This document shows positions 51,101-64,000 of a stretch of 64,000 bases of DNA, one piece after another (the first letter of the stretch is position 1; every line of letters begins with the position of its first letter). The notes under the pieces were generated by a model. It saw only the letters and a program-made list of their open reading frames with translations. It searched no databases and had not been told where the DNA came from. The stretch comes from Eledone cirrhosa. Lineage: Eukaryota. Location: assembly GCA_964016885.1 (NCBI GenBank), contig OZ024766.1:13020001-13084000 (forward strand), given 5' to 3'. Position numbers and translations under genes: made by a program.

Positions 51101-53983
51101 AAATGGAATGATAGAAAACAAAAGTTGAGATTCATGACTATTGGACGGGTTTGTAATGTCCATCCAGCATCTGGTGATGTGTTTTATCTCCGAGTTCTGT
51201 TGCATAGTGATTTTTCGAGAGGTAAACAGAGCTTCGCTGATTTGAAAACAATCAATGGCGTGGAATATAAAAGATATCAGGCTGTGTGTCAGCATCTGGG
51301 ACTCCTTCAGGATGACGCTGAATGGAATAACGCCATGGAAGCTGCAGGAACAACACAGATGCCAGCTCGAATAAGGCAGTTGTTTGTCACGATTCTAGGA
51401 TTCTGCAATCCTGCCGATCCAAGAGAGTTATTTGAACGCCATTGGGGAATTATGGCTGATGATTTTAGGCATCATCTTCAGGTCTATGATGAACATTTGA
51501 TGAAGGCTATTGTTTTGCTCAATATTGAGCAACTGCTCGAAGTTCATTTGAAATGTTTAACAGATTTCAATTTGCCAATTCCTGATGAAGAAATGTGGCA
51601 ATGTGTCTTAGCATTGAATATGAGATTGCAGCTTAGACGGTTGCCACTCGATCGGAGGGAACTATTCCAGTTTGATCCACTGGAACAGCAACGTATTGTG
51701 GATGAACGTATGCCAATGTTGACCCAATCTCACAGAGAATTGGTCGATGGCGCTCTCCACTTGATTTCCACTAATGAGCAACTTTGTGCTTTCATAGATG
51801 TTCCAGGAGGCACCGGAAAGACATTCTGTTTCAACACTATGTTATCGGCAGTCAGAGCTCAGAGGAAGATTGCTCTCCCTGTGCCCACCAGGGGCATCGT
51901 TGCCCCTTTGCTGAGTGGTGGAAGGACCTTCCACTCATGCTTCAAGGCTCCATTGGCTCCAGATGAGTTGAGTGTCTGTAATATTACAGGACAAAGTGAA
52001 CTCGCGGGCCTTATACGCAATACGTCTCTGATTATTTGGGACGAGGCTCCAATGGCACACAGATATTTGCTGGAGGCATTGGACAGAACTTTGAGAGATA
52101 TCTGCGGTAGTGACCTGCCATTCAGTGGTGGCGATTTCAGACAGGTGCTACCAATTGTTAGGAATGCTCAAAGAGCACAAATTGTCAATGCATGTCTGAA
52201 AAAGTCCCCGCTGTGGCGCCATTTCAGAGTTTTGCGATTACACGATAATATGCGACTTCCTATGTTCGGGCAAAACGAAGAGGCTGAGACATACGGCCGA
52301 TGGTTGATGCAGTTGGGAAACGATGAATTGCCACACGTTGGTGATAATCAGACTGTATGAATCCCAGACCATTTGGTCATGCCACTGGACCGCCAAGGCT
52401 TGATTGACTGGGTGTTCCCTAATTTGAATGCTTTTTGGCAGAATATCTCCTGGATATCGGAACGTGTTATTCTAACTCATACGAATGCAACGGTCGATGA
52501 AATAAATTCACAAGTAGCCGGAATGTTTCCTGGAGAGGAATGGTTGACCGTCAGTGCGGATGCAATGGAGCCTAATCAGCAGAACAGTATGGATGTTCCG
52601 ACTGAGTATCTGAATTCACTTCAAATACGCGGATTTCCCCCACATATTTTGAGGTTGAAAAAGGGTTTGCCGATTATATTGCTTAGAAATATCAATCATA
52701 AAATGGGTCTTTGCAATGGTACCAGATTGATTGTTGAGAGATTGATTAACGGAAGAGTTTTAGAAGCTAAACTCCCAGGCAGAGAGGAATCGGTTCTCAT
52801 TCCGAGGATCATGCTGAGACCAAGTGAAGATCTGCTGCCATTTATTTGGCAAAGGAGACAGTTTCCCGTCAATTTGGCCTTCTCCATGACTGTTAACAAG
52901 GCACAGGGACAGACTTTCAAGCGAGTCGGTGTCTGCTTGAATGATCCAGCCATGGGCAACTGTATGTTGCTGCATCTCGAGTGTGCGATCCTGATGGTAT
53001 AAAATTTGCAATTGATACCACTAACAGAGGAACAAACCTAAATATGGTCAATAATGAAGCCTTGAGCTGATGTATGCATATCTTTAATGCTATCAATAAG
53101 CGACGTATATGATTCGGACATTGGTTGCCTTTCATCTGTATTGTGAGCTTTGGCAGAGTTATCATTTATGTTCAATGTCATTTATTGTCGATAATGAGCA
53201 ATAAAAACCAACAAGTATTGGTAGAAATTGCCTTCAAATTTATCGCTTCTGATTGCAGTGGTAATAAAACCTCATCATATGCTGAGTCTGGCAAAAAGTT
53301 TGGTGCCTATGGCCGGCCAGGGCTAGAGTAATATTGAAAAACGATTCTATTTTCGAAGTAGAAGGATCCGCCATTTTGAGTTCAAACCAGGCCACCTCCC
53401 CGAGTTGAACTCTGGGCAATATTGACTGTCTATTACTCAGTGGTTAAGAGCCTGGAAATTACTGAATAAATGTTTGTGTCATATAATTTGTTGGTTTATT
53501 ATTATAGCTGACCACTTATAGATAAGCATGTTATCCATATCCATATTAATTTGGCATTTGTATAAACCATTTCAAGTAAATAGGGACCTTCTTTACATTG
53601 ACGGACATCTTTTTTATTAATTATCTATATCTATATCTACATATAATATAAAAGATCGGAACTTCCATCATCCTTTTGAGAAACGTGGAACAACCACGTC
53701 TATGCAATGATACACGTTTTCCAGTCAGGCAGAAGAGGAACCATCTCCTAGAGGTCACTATTCTAGGTGGGAGCACCTAGAATTGTTCATATACTATGCA
53801 CAAACCGGACAACGAAGAATCTGGTATATCTGGAAGATTATTTTTACTGTTTTTTTGTATCACACAGACAACACGGACTCGCCTCACACTGTAACCAGAC
53901 AAACACCCAATACAGACATTTTCTCTTTTACCTGTCTTCTCTTATCATCTGTTTACCCGGGCGAAGCTAGGTACGTCAGCTAG
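48159..53983 (+). mobile_element. Autonomous-type Helitron (decayed)
   Basis: A|TCTATTTATTAATTTG 5' end; 3' hairpin ACCCGGGCGAAGCTAGGT then CTAG at 53980-53983; RepHel coding region inside. Confidence 0.92.
48675..53070 (+). pseudogene. Helitron RepHel (HUH Rep + PIF1-type helicase), interrupted by stops and frameshifts
   Basis: PDLFITVTCNPEW, EFQKRGLPHAHLLI, KYLFKYVYKG, PGGTGKT, IWDEAPM, GDFRQVLP and TVNKAQGQT; in-frame stops at 50354-50356 and 52358-52360. Confidence 0.95.
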
Positions 53984-54543
53984 TCTATATATTAATTTCA
54001 ACAATGTCAATATTCCATGTGTCATAATTCTCGATTATCATTGGTTCATAGGTTTCAAACGACTCCGCCCACCTCAACTACGCCAAACTTAAATTAATAT
54101 GTATAATGCCAATGAGAGAGTGAGAGGCGGAGAGAGGCAAAGTGAACGCTGTGTTGGATACACTATGTATATGTGTCAGTGTAGAGACGTGTGTGTGTGT
54201 GATGTGTGTGGAAATAAGAGGGGAAGGAAAGCAATAACTATTAACACGTGTGCGTGTGTATGTACGTGCGCGTATGTTTATGTATGTGTGCGTGCGTGCA
54301 GCGTTCCACAGAAAGTAAAAACTATCAACATGTGTGAGTGTGTGCGTGTGTGTAAGTGCACGGGTGTGTGTGTAAGTTTGTGTGCGTGTATGTGTGTATA
54401 CGTGCGGCGTTCCACAATCGCCACGCAGTTTATCTGTCTGTGTGCCTGTCTGTCAGTCTAACATACAGAGTTGTGAAGGGAGTAAATAGGGACCTTTTCT
54501 TTTATCATCTGTTTACCCGGGCGAAGCTGGGTACGTCAGCTCG
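53984..54543 (+). mobile_element. Non-autonomous Helitron derivative, head-to-tail with the long element
   Basis: 5' ~500 bp homologous to 48159-48570, joined to the 3' hairpin ACCCGGGCGAAGCTGGGT...CTCG|T. Confidence 0.9.
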
Positions 54544-55662
54544 TGAAAATAATTTATGCTTTGATTCGTGAAGACGTTCCCTGGCAATGAACGGGAAAAA
54601 GAAGATAATACGTCGTTATGTGGAGCGGTGACAACAATTACACGTAAAGACAAAACCACGTTTATGGTGTAAATGGAGTCGTAGACTAATATTCTATTAA
54701 GGAAACTGAATGATGCTCGGCTTCGGAGTCCAGAATAATGTAAATAAATTAGTTGAACGAAAATGACAGATGTCATTAAAATCATAAAAGTAATAATAAT
54801 TAAATATATACATACACACATTTATACACGAGCATATGCGAAAACTCACGGCATGCATGCATATACATATACGTACACATAAACAGGCGCACACGGACGT
54901 AAACCGGCGCAACACATATACCCGCACACATACGATTGTATGCACCAAATACACATATAAATATATGTTTGTGTGTGTATATATACATATAATTATAAAT
55001 ACATATATAAATATACACGCATAAATGCGTATAGAACGCACACTCACACATACCTACAGGTAAATACACATATGTTCACCAAACGTACATATACCAAAAC
55101 CCTATGTACACATATACACACATACACACTCATTCATACACATATATACACATATACATACATACGTACATATATGTGTGTATATATATATATAGAGAGA
55201 GAGAGAGCAGTTGTAATGGGTAATATCGCTGCTATTTCTAGCAGTCAGTGAGACTACCTAGAGGTTTTCTTATTGATATATAATTGATATTTTATTGAGT
55301 GATACTTTCTGATTTACAATAAACTAAAAACGATTGGAACTGTGTCTGAAGGTATTAAATTATATCAGGGACTTTTAACGTATGACACCGGGAAGAGAGT
55401 TGAAACATGCGCAACGACACCGAGTACCTGCTGCCTTCATTGCGGTGAATTGGCAGTATCGGTAGAGGGTCGGACGCCATGCTTTCCAGCATAGTTACGT
55501 ACCTTTACGATCTGAGTTCAAATCCCGCCGAGGTTGACTTTGCCTTTCATCCTTACGGGGTCGATAAAATAAAGTACCAGTAATGCACTGGGTAATTGCT
55601 GGCCTTGTGCCTAAAGTAGAAACAATTATAACTTTAATTAATCTAATTATATCTTGTGTAAC

Positions 55663-55723
<61 letters not shown>

Positions 55724-56369
55724 AGTTTATTTCCCCGACATCAGTCTTACACTGTCATATCTATTCTTACTTTACAATTGTGTCTACTAAGAGTTCCATT
55801 ACAATCTGTAGTAGTAAAACTACTATTTCACCAGAACATCTGCTATCAGTCATTTATAGACAATATATATATTTTAGACCACATATCAACCTAATATATA
55901 TATATTTCCTATCAAATCTGTAGCTAAAGACATAAAGTCATCCTCACTACTTCATTCTGACAAGATATCAATTTATGACTAAAGATGAAGAAGATACACC
56001 AACGTTAATGTCGTGAAATACAGCTGATAACATCTTTGAAACTTCTAATTTGATAACAAAGAGATTATTTCTTTGGTTGTTTAGTAACAACACAACACAT
56101 TGATTATATGTGAAGGAGGTAAGTTGACAAAGATTTACTTGAAGTCTATAATAATTGTTTCTACTTTAGGCACAAGACCAGCAATTACCCAGTGCATTAC
56201 TGGTACTTTATTTTATCGACCCCCTAAGGAGGAAAGACAAAGTCAACCTCGGCGGGATTTGAACTCAGATCGTAAAGGTACGTAACTATGCTGGAAAGCA
56301 TGGCGTCCGACCCTCTACCGACTTGAAGTCTATAATAATGATAGCCACAAATACTAACTGCTATATAGT

Positions 56370-59300
56370 ACATTAGATAATGTAGTCCTAGGTACACTAT
56401 GTCTGATAGCCACTATACTGTACATTAGATAATGTAGTCCTAGGTACACTATGTCTGATAGCCACTATACTGTACATTAGACAATGTAGTCCTAGGTACA
56501 CTATGTCTGATAGCCACTATACTGTACATTATATAATGTAGTCCTAGATACACTATGTCTGATAGCCACTATACTGTACATTAGACAATGTAGTCCTAGG
56601 TACACTATGTCTGATAGCCACTATACTGTACATTATATAATGTAGTCCTAGGTACACTATGTCTGATAGCCACTATACTGTACATTAGACAATGTAGTCC
56701 TAGGTACACAATGTCTGATAGCCACTATACTGTACATTATATAATGTAGTCCTAGATACACTATGTCTGATAGCCACTATACTGTACATTAGACAATGTA
56801 GTCCTAGGTACACTATGTCTGATAGCCACTATACTGTACATTATATAATGTAGTCCTAGATACACTATGTCTGATAGCCACTATACTGTACATTAGATAA
56901 TGTAGTCATAGGTACACTATGTCTAATAGCTACTATACTGTACATTAGATAATGTAATCCTAGATACACTATGTCTGATAGACACTATACTGTACATTAG
57001 ATAATGTAGTCCTAGATACACTATGTCTGATAGCCACTATACTGTACTTTAGATAATGTAGTCCGAGGTACACTATGTCTGATAGCCACTATACTGTACA
57101 TTAGATAATGTAGTCCTAGATACACTATGTCTGATAGACACTATACTGTACATTAGATAATGTAGTCCTAGGTACACTATGTCTGATAGCCATTAATACT
57201 AATTTCTATACTGTACATTAGATAATGTAGTCCTAGTTACACTATGTCTTATAGCCAGTAATACTAATTTCTATACTGTACATTAGATAATGTAGTCCTA
57301 GATATACTATGTCTTATAGCCACTAATACTAACTACTGTACTGTACATTAGATAATGTAATCCTAGATACACTATGTCTGATAGTCACTAGTATATACGT
57401 AGTTCTCAGGGAGATTCAGCAAGACGTATGGCATGGCTTCCCTTTGAAATACATGTAGAACCCATCTTATATTATAATGTGTCTGAGTATTTCATTGACA
57501 CGTATACCGTTGACATTCTTCTCAGGGAGATTCAGTGTGACAATTCTATGTAACAACGTTTCCACTATAATTATTACAACTTATTATTTTTGCCAGCTGG
57601 GTGAAATAAAACAATGAGAAATAAAGTGTCTTGTTCAAGGCCCCGACGTACAGACCACCCGGTATGGGATTCGAACTCACGAACCATACGTTCATGTATT
57701 GCGTGCTATCACCGCCTAAATCCGGTTTCCTCCACACAAAATACACCAGAATATTTTCATCCGGATTAATTCAGGAACGAGAATTACGATAAGTCGCTGA
57801 GAGTGATCTCCCTTGGCTGACTTTAAAATCTTTACTTTTTCCATTAGAAATTAATTTGTTTCATGTCCGATTGAAAGACTCTGGAGTTTTTACCTGTCTT
57901 GGGTTTAATTAATGAGGAATTTTGAGGTATTTATAACAATTATTAATTATTTCATTACTGAGATATCATTTGAAGGATTTACTGAAGTTTTTAATTATTA
58001 ATTATTTTATTAGTAACTTAACATGTGGTTCTTGTATAAAATTATGTTGGAAGATTTTAGGAAGAAGATATGTAGCCGGTCTCATTAAAATAGACTCCGA
58101 GGCTATGTAGCCGGTAAGTGTGTCAAACACCGTGTGTTGCGGCCCTTTATGGTCTGAATTGAGACAATTTAAATTTTTTTCCACCATGAATTGTTAAAAA
58201 ACAAGTTAAAATCTTTTAGTTGTCCATTCGTAACGTACGTTACACTTTAGTTACATACACACACATCTACTGTGTTACATACATACATGTACTGTATTAC
58301 ATACACACAGATCTACTGTGTTACATACACATCTACTGTGTTACATATACACACACATCTAGTGTGTTACTTACACATACATATACTGTTACATACACAC
58401 ATCTACTGTGTTACATACACACACATCTACTGTGTTATATATACACACATCTACTGTGTTATATATACACATCTACTGTGTTACATACACATCTACTGTG
58501 TTACATACACACATGTACTGTGTTACATACACACACATCTACTGTGTTACATACACATCTACTGTGTTATATATAAACATCTACTGTGTTACATATACAC
58601 ACATCTACCGTATTATATATACACATCTACTGTGTTACATACACATCTACTGTGTTATATATACACACACATCTAGTGTGTTACATACACATACTGTGTT
58701 ACACACACACACACATCTACTGTGTTACATACACACACATCTGCTGAGTTACATACACACACATCTACTGTGTTACACACACACATCTGCTGAGTTACAT
58801 ACACACATCTGTGTTACATACACACACATCTACTATGTTATATATACACATCTACTGTGTTACATACACATCTACTGTGTTACATACACACATCTACTGT
58901 GTTACATACACACACATCTGTGTTACATACACACACATCTACTGTGTTATATATACACATCTGTGTTACATACACATCTACTGTGTTATATATACACATC
59001 TACTGTGTTACATATACACACATCTACTGTGTTATATATACACATCTACTGTGTTACATACACATCTACTGTGTTATATATACACACACATCTAGTGTGT
59101 TACATACACATACATATACTGTGTTACACACACACACACATCTACTGTGTTACATACACACACATCTGCTGAGTTACATACACACACATCCACTGTGTTA
59201 CACACACACATCTGCTGAGTTACATACACACACATCTACTGGGTTACATACACACACATCTATTGTGTTACATACACACACATCTGTGTTACACACACAC

Positions 59301-59536
59301 ACATCTACACATACATATTTCTAAATAGACACACAATACAAAATAATTATTGCATACACACATCTATGTAATGATTGAGGAAGGAATTGCCTGGTGAACA
59401 ATTTACTAAAATTATTATTTCATTACTAAGATAATGTGTGAATACGCAATTATATGTGTGTGTGTATATATATATAAACAGTATATATACAGTATATATA
59501 TAGTATACAAAAGATGTAGTGGGATAATGAGTAGTC
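56370..59536 (+). repeat. Segmental duplication, copy 2, with expanded 52-bp array (56370-57385) and CATCTACTGTGTTACATACA array (58255-59320)
   Basis: Colinear with 16705-19076. Confidence 0.93.
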
Positions 59537-60080
59537 TTGGTCATAATAAACTACCGAATCAATATTTTTGTCACAATTACAACTTTTATTTCGACATATT
59601 TCATTAATATATAGTTATATTATTAAGTTAATGTGACCAACACGTTAATTTTATTTAGTCTCCACATTTTCTTCCATGTTTAACAGATTCTACAGAAAAT
59701 TGTTAATAAAATACATGTATATTTATTTATACACATGTAGGAGATACGTTTAATGATATGTATATTACAGTGTCCCCCCAAAATGTATACACACTTGCAT
59801 AGACTGTAGTTGAAGTGTGTATACATTTTTGGGGAGACCCTGTATATATTTTATATACACATATATGTTAAAAGAAAAAATATATATATATATATTTATT
59901 ATTTGTCTGACCCGAATTTTCTTGGTCATTTTTTTCGGCTGTGCGAATGATTTTAAGCATTATCTCAGTGTGTTGGTATTTAAACGTTAGTTATAGCTCT
60001 GGTTTATCCAAACTATTGAGCACTTTGATTGTGTTTCATTATTTCATGGGCCGAGATTCCGATTCTCGATAATTTATTTG

Positions 60081-60144
<64 letters not shown>

Positions 60145-60147
<3 letters not shown>

Positions 60148-60532
60148 ACACACCTCTCAAAGGCGATGACACACGACCGTGACCTCTGGCGTCACGCAGT
60201 AATACAGAGTACCCGACCTCCCATGGGTTCAAGCTGAAGCATATAGACAATATGCCCCCACACCCTCCCACTGCAAAGTGGTCGTGGAGGTGCCACACAA
60301 AAAAAGCACCCAGCCCACACTGTAAAGTGGACGTGTGGGCGCCACGGAAAAAAGCACGCAACACTCACTGTAAATGAGGTTGGTGTTAGGAAGGGCATCC
60401 GGCTGTAGAAAAGCCAAAATCAGTTCCTGTATGAGCAAGGCATGGTCAGCCGACCAGACACTGCCCACAACAGGACAACCCGTCTAACCCATGCTAGCAT
60501 GGAAGAACGGACGTAAAACGGTGATGATGATT
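60145..60532 (+). mobile_element. RTE LINE 3' end
   Basis: Near-identical to 61125-61505; (GAT)n tail. Confidence 0.85.
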
Positions 60533-60598
60533 TATAAAACTATATTTATTTTATTATACGATATTAACAAATGGAAACTATATTTATAAAACCATATC

Positions 60599-60663
60599 TA
60601 TTTCATTATACATATTTCAAGGATACCATGTTAAATTATGGTATGCTTTCATCAGACAAAATA
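60599..60663 (-). ncRNA. Type I hammerhead ribozyme motif
   Basis: Minus strand: tattttgt CTGATGA aagcataccat-aatttaac-atggtatcctt GAAA tatgta TA atgaaata. Confidence 0.7.
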
Positions 60664-60972
60664 CAATATATAACAGTTTTATAAATAAATATTGACATAC
60701 CCTTACAAAATGCAACCGTTACTTTTGGAAGACTCAGGGATAGTGGAGTTGTTTACTTATATTAGTATTTTTTAAATAAGTCGTTGTGTTACAGATAAGG
60801 AAAAAGACGGAGAGAGAGAAAAGGGAGAAAGAAAGAAAGAAAACAAGAAAAAAGAAAAAGGAGAGAAAAACGAGAGAGATATATCAAAACACCAGACAGA
60901 GAGAAAAATAGAGAGATAGAGAGAGGGGGAAAGAACGAAAACATTAAGTCATGTCATATTAAGTTAACTTAA

Positions 60973-61515
60973 CAGAGAGGCGGTTACGCTGGTATGGACA
61001 TGTGATGCGTATGAAGGATGACAGCTGCATAAAAAGGTGCAGAGCACTAGAAGTTGATGGAAACCGCGGAGTGGGGAGACCCAAGATGACTTGGGATGAG
61101 GTGATAAAAGCCGACCTTACCCAACTACACCTCTCAAAGTCAATGACACACGACCGTGACTTCTGGCGTCACGCAGTAATACAGGGTACCCGACCTCCCA
61201 TGGGTACATGCTGAAGCATATAAATAATATGCCCCCCCCCCCCCCCACCGCAAGGTGGTCGTGGAGGTGCCACGGCAAAAAAGCACCCAGCCCACACTGT
61301 AAAGTGGACGTGTAGGCGCCACGAAAAAGCACCCAGCACTCACTGTAAATGAGGTTGGTGTTAGGAAGGGCATCCAGCTGTAGAAATCAAGCCAGATCAG
61401 TTCCTGTATGAGCAAGGCATGGTCAGCCGACCAGACACTGCCCACAACAGGACAACCCGTCTAACCCATGCTAGCGTGGAAGAACGGACGTAAAACGGTG
61501 ATGATGATGATGATA
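60973..61515 (+). mobile_element. RTE LINE 3' end
   Basis: RRLRWYGHVMRMKDDSCIKRC...GRPKMTW, 3' UTR and (GAT)n tail. Confidence 0.9.
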
Positions 61516-62315
61516 ACAATTGAGATGAAATGAATAAATAAAATTAGAAATATTAATAATCATGAATGGAATATACATACATAATATGAGAAATTAATCA
61601 TTGTTTAACTATGATTAGATATTTAGTTTAAAAATTGAGATCAATATATTAAAAATTGGAATCTAAACATTAAGAAATCTATATATTGCTAGAGAACTAC
61701 ATATCATATAACACGTACACACACGCAAAAATACACATAAATATATACACACACTCACAAAATACACACCATATCTAACCACGTATATAATATATACATA
61801 CAAAGCATAAATGAATTTTTAATTTAATGTTATCCATCCTTTGTGTTATTAAATAAAATATTTTTTATAACAAATTTTTTTTAATATATATATATAAATA
61901 TATAAGATTAGCTGTTATGCATTTATGGCTGTTAGTTATGTCTATCTGCAATCAAATTGTATGGGTATACATGTACATGTACACACACAATTCTTACATA
62001 TACATATATATACATGTGTGTGCATCCTCGGCCAATTGGTAGATACGCGTCACGCATGCATACATACAGACAGACATATATTCATAAAAATGCATAGAAC
62101 ACATGTACATGTATGTCAATATACACATATACATATATACTCACATATAGAGAGAAGTATAAATCAATATAGTACATAGTATAATTGAGTACATAAAATA
62201 CAAAAGGATTGTTAATATCGTATGTTTATTCCAAATACTTGTTGAGTGCTTTATATCAGTTATAAACATATTTGCTTGTTGTATCCCAACAATTTAAATA
62301 GAACTTTTGCATATT

Positions 62316-62380
62316 TATTTTATTATATATATTTCAAGGGCGACCAAGTCAATCTTGGTGCTCTTTCATCAGATAAAATA
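62316..62380 (-). ncRNA. Type I hammerhead ribozyme motif (best copy)
   Basis: Minus strand: tattttat CTGATGA aagagcaccaag-attga-cttggtcgccctt GAAA tatata TA ataaaata; perfect 8-bp stem I. Confidence 0.78.
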
Positions 62381-64000
62381 CAAAATTTGTTTTATAAATA
62401 ACGACATACCCATGGAAATCAACCTTAACGGTCGGAAATTCACTGGATAGGGGAAACTTATTAGGGGTTATTCAAAGTTATGTGTGAATATGCAAATGAA
62501 TGTATGAAAAATTGAAAAAACAACTGTTTATTTAAATTACGCTGGGGAAAGATAGGGAAGAAAGAGAAGAAAGAGAGAGAAAAAATTACTGTTATGAGAT
62601 AGATAGAGAGATAGAGAGAAGAAAGACATTTATAGAGGATGAACTCATGTAACGTAAATAAGTATTAAGTTTATATTAATGTTACGTATATTTACTAATT
62701 ATTGTTAGAATTCTAATATAATACAATATAATATTTACTATTATAAGTATATAGAAAAATAGATATATAGAAAAAATAAATATATATAAAGACATTGAAT
62801 AATAAATTGAAAATAAATAGATATAAAGTAGAAAATAGGAGAATCAATAGATAGAAGAATAGATATATGAGTGGATAAATGGCTATATCATGTTATAGAT
62901 AATTGTTTAAATAAGTTATGAGGGATACTGGTTTATATTTAGTGTAAGTAATTAAATTAACTGAGTTAATAAGATTATTTATATGTTTTTAATGTTTTAA
63001 ATTAGGAAGATACTGAAAAACCCAGCTTTGTTTATTTATTAGTTAGTATGAGACCATTTTGACGAAGATATAAATGTTGAAAGATATATATAGCCAGAAT
63101 TAGTTATTGGTTATAACTCTAATATTAAATAATTAAAAAAAATTAAAAATATTAAAATATTAAAAGTTCTGGAAAAAATTTCTGGAAAAATAAAAAAAAA
63201 ATGTTTTTTAATCTCAGAAGATACTCAAAAAACCCTTTTAACAAAATAAAATACTTAAAAAGTACTTAAACTATTTAAAATGTTTAAAAATATTAAAAAA
63301 ATATTTAAAAATATTAAAAAATTTTAAATAATCTTTAAAAAGTAATTTTTTTAAGAAATAAATAATAATTTTTTAAAATAAGTAATTTTTAAATATATGA
63401 GATAGTTTAGAAGTAAAATAAAAATGAGATATTTTAGAAGTAAACTAAAAAATGGTGTCAAGTCATGTCACCAATTTGATCACTTTGAAGGGTGCTTCGG
63501 GTCCCTTCAGTCTTGCCACTAGCACTAGCATGACTACTTTACAGAGTGGGCTAGGGGCCTTCTGTCATGTCTACCTCACAGGGTGGACTGGGTGCTTATT
63601 TGTCATGTCATCAGCATGACTACCTTGCAGGGAGGGTTAGGTGTTCTTTTGTCATGTTACCTAACAGAGAGGACTTGGTGCTCTTTTGTCATGACACCTG
63701 CATGACCACCTTACAGGGTTGCCTGAGGGTTTAGCCATTTCAGCAGCATTGGAGGAGAGCATGTTAAGCTTTCCTTACTTGTATACATGGGTTGGTCAAG
63801 AGAGGTGTATCAGATGTGAAAGTGGGGGTGGGGTTGTGTGTATGTAGAGTGGGGATTGGAGAGGTAGGTCAGGGTGGTGTACTTAGCTGGTAAGGGGGTG
63901 GAGTGTTAAGATGTGAAAGGGAGGAAAATTGGAGCATACTTCAAACCACTAAATGTTGTGTCAACCCGTGCACATGGGAATGCAGGTCTCCTGCAGTACT

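Noticed and set aside
54513-54821. 102-aa hydrophobic minus-strand ORF
   Set aside because: Starts in low-complexity DNA, ends in the Helitron terminus, and has no recognisable domain or splice context.
56370-57385. Regular 52-bp array as a CRISPR candidate
   Set aside because: Units are contiguous with no unique spacers, no cas genes are present and the context is eukaryotic.

Overview
Eukaryotic, AT-rich, repeat-saturated genomic DNA. The (TA)n/(CA)n load, SINE types, RTE/CR1 LINEs and C2H2-ZNF remnant suggest an animal, most likely a cephalopod such as Octopus (inference). Most ORFs in the supplied track are microsatellite artefacts. Host coding content: (i) four phase-compatible exons of a + strand ankyrin-RING-like-death-domain gene (3512-12238, 5' end not in the window); (ii) two 138-nt MEGF10/11-type EGF exons (39249-39386, 41412-41549); (iii) a decayed C2H2-ZNF exon. 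Mobile DNA: two RepHel-coding Helitrons (one open and running off the window, one decayed with a head-to-tail non-autonomous derivative), a non-autonomous Helitron, several RTE LINEs, a near-full-length CR1/Jockey-like LINE with a polyQ/CCCH ORF1, an L1/Tx1 3' fragment, two SINE families and MITEs. Most notable signals: type I hammerhead ribozyme motifs (three related minus-strand copies whose stem II differs in sequence but still pairs, plus an unrelated + strand one), the Ank-RING-Death architecture with a 36-bp triplication in the RING, a ~3-kb block duplicated ~40 kb away, and large fold-backs just downstream of an EGF exon. All calls are by eye; no searches were run.
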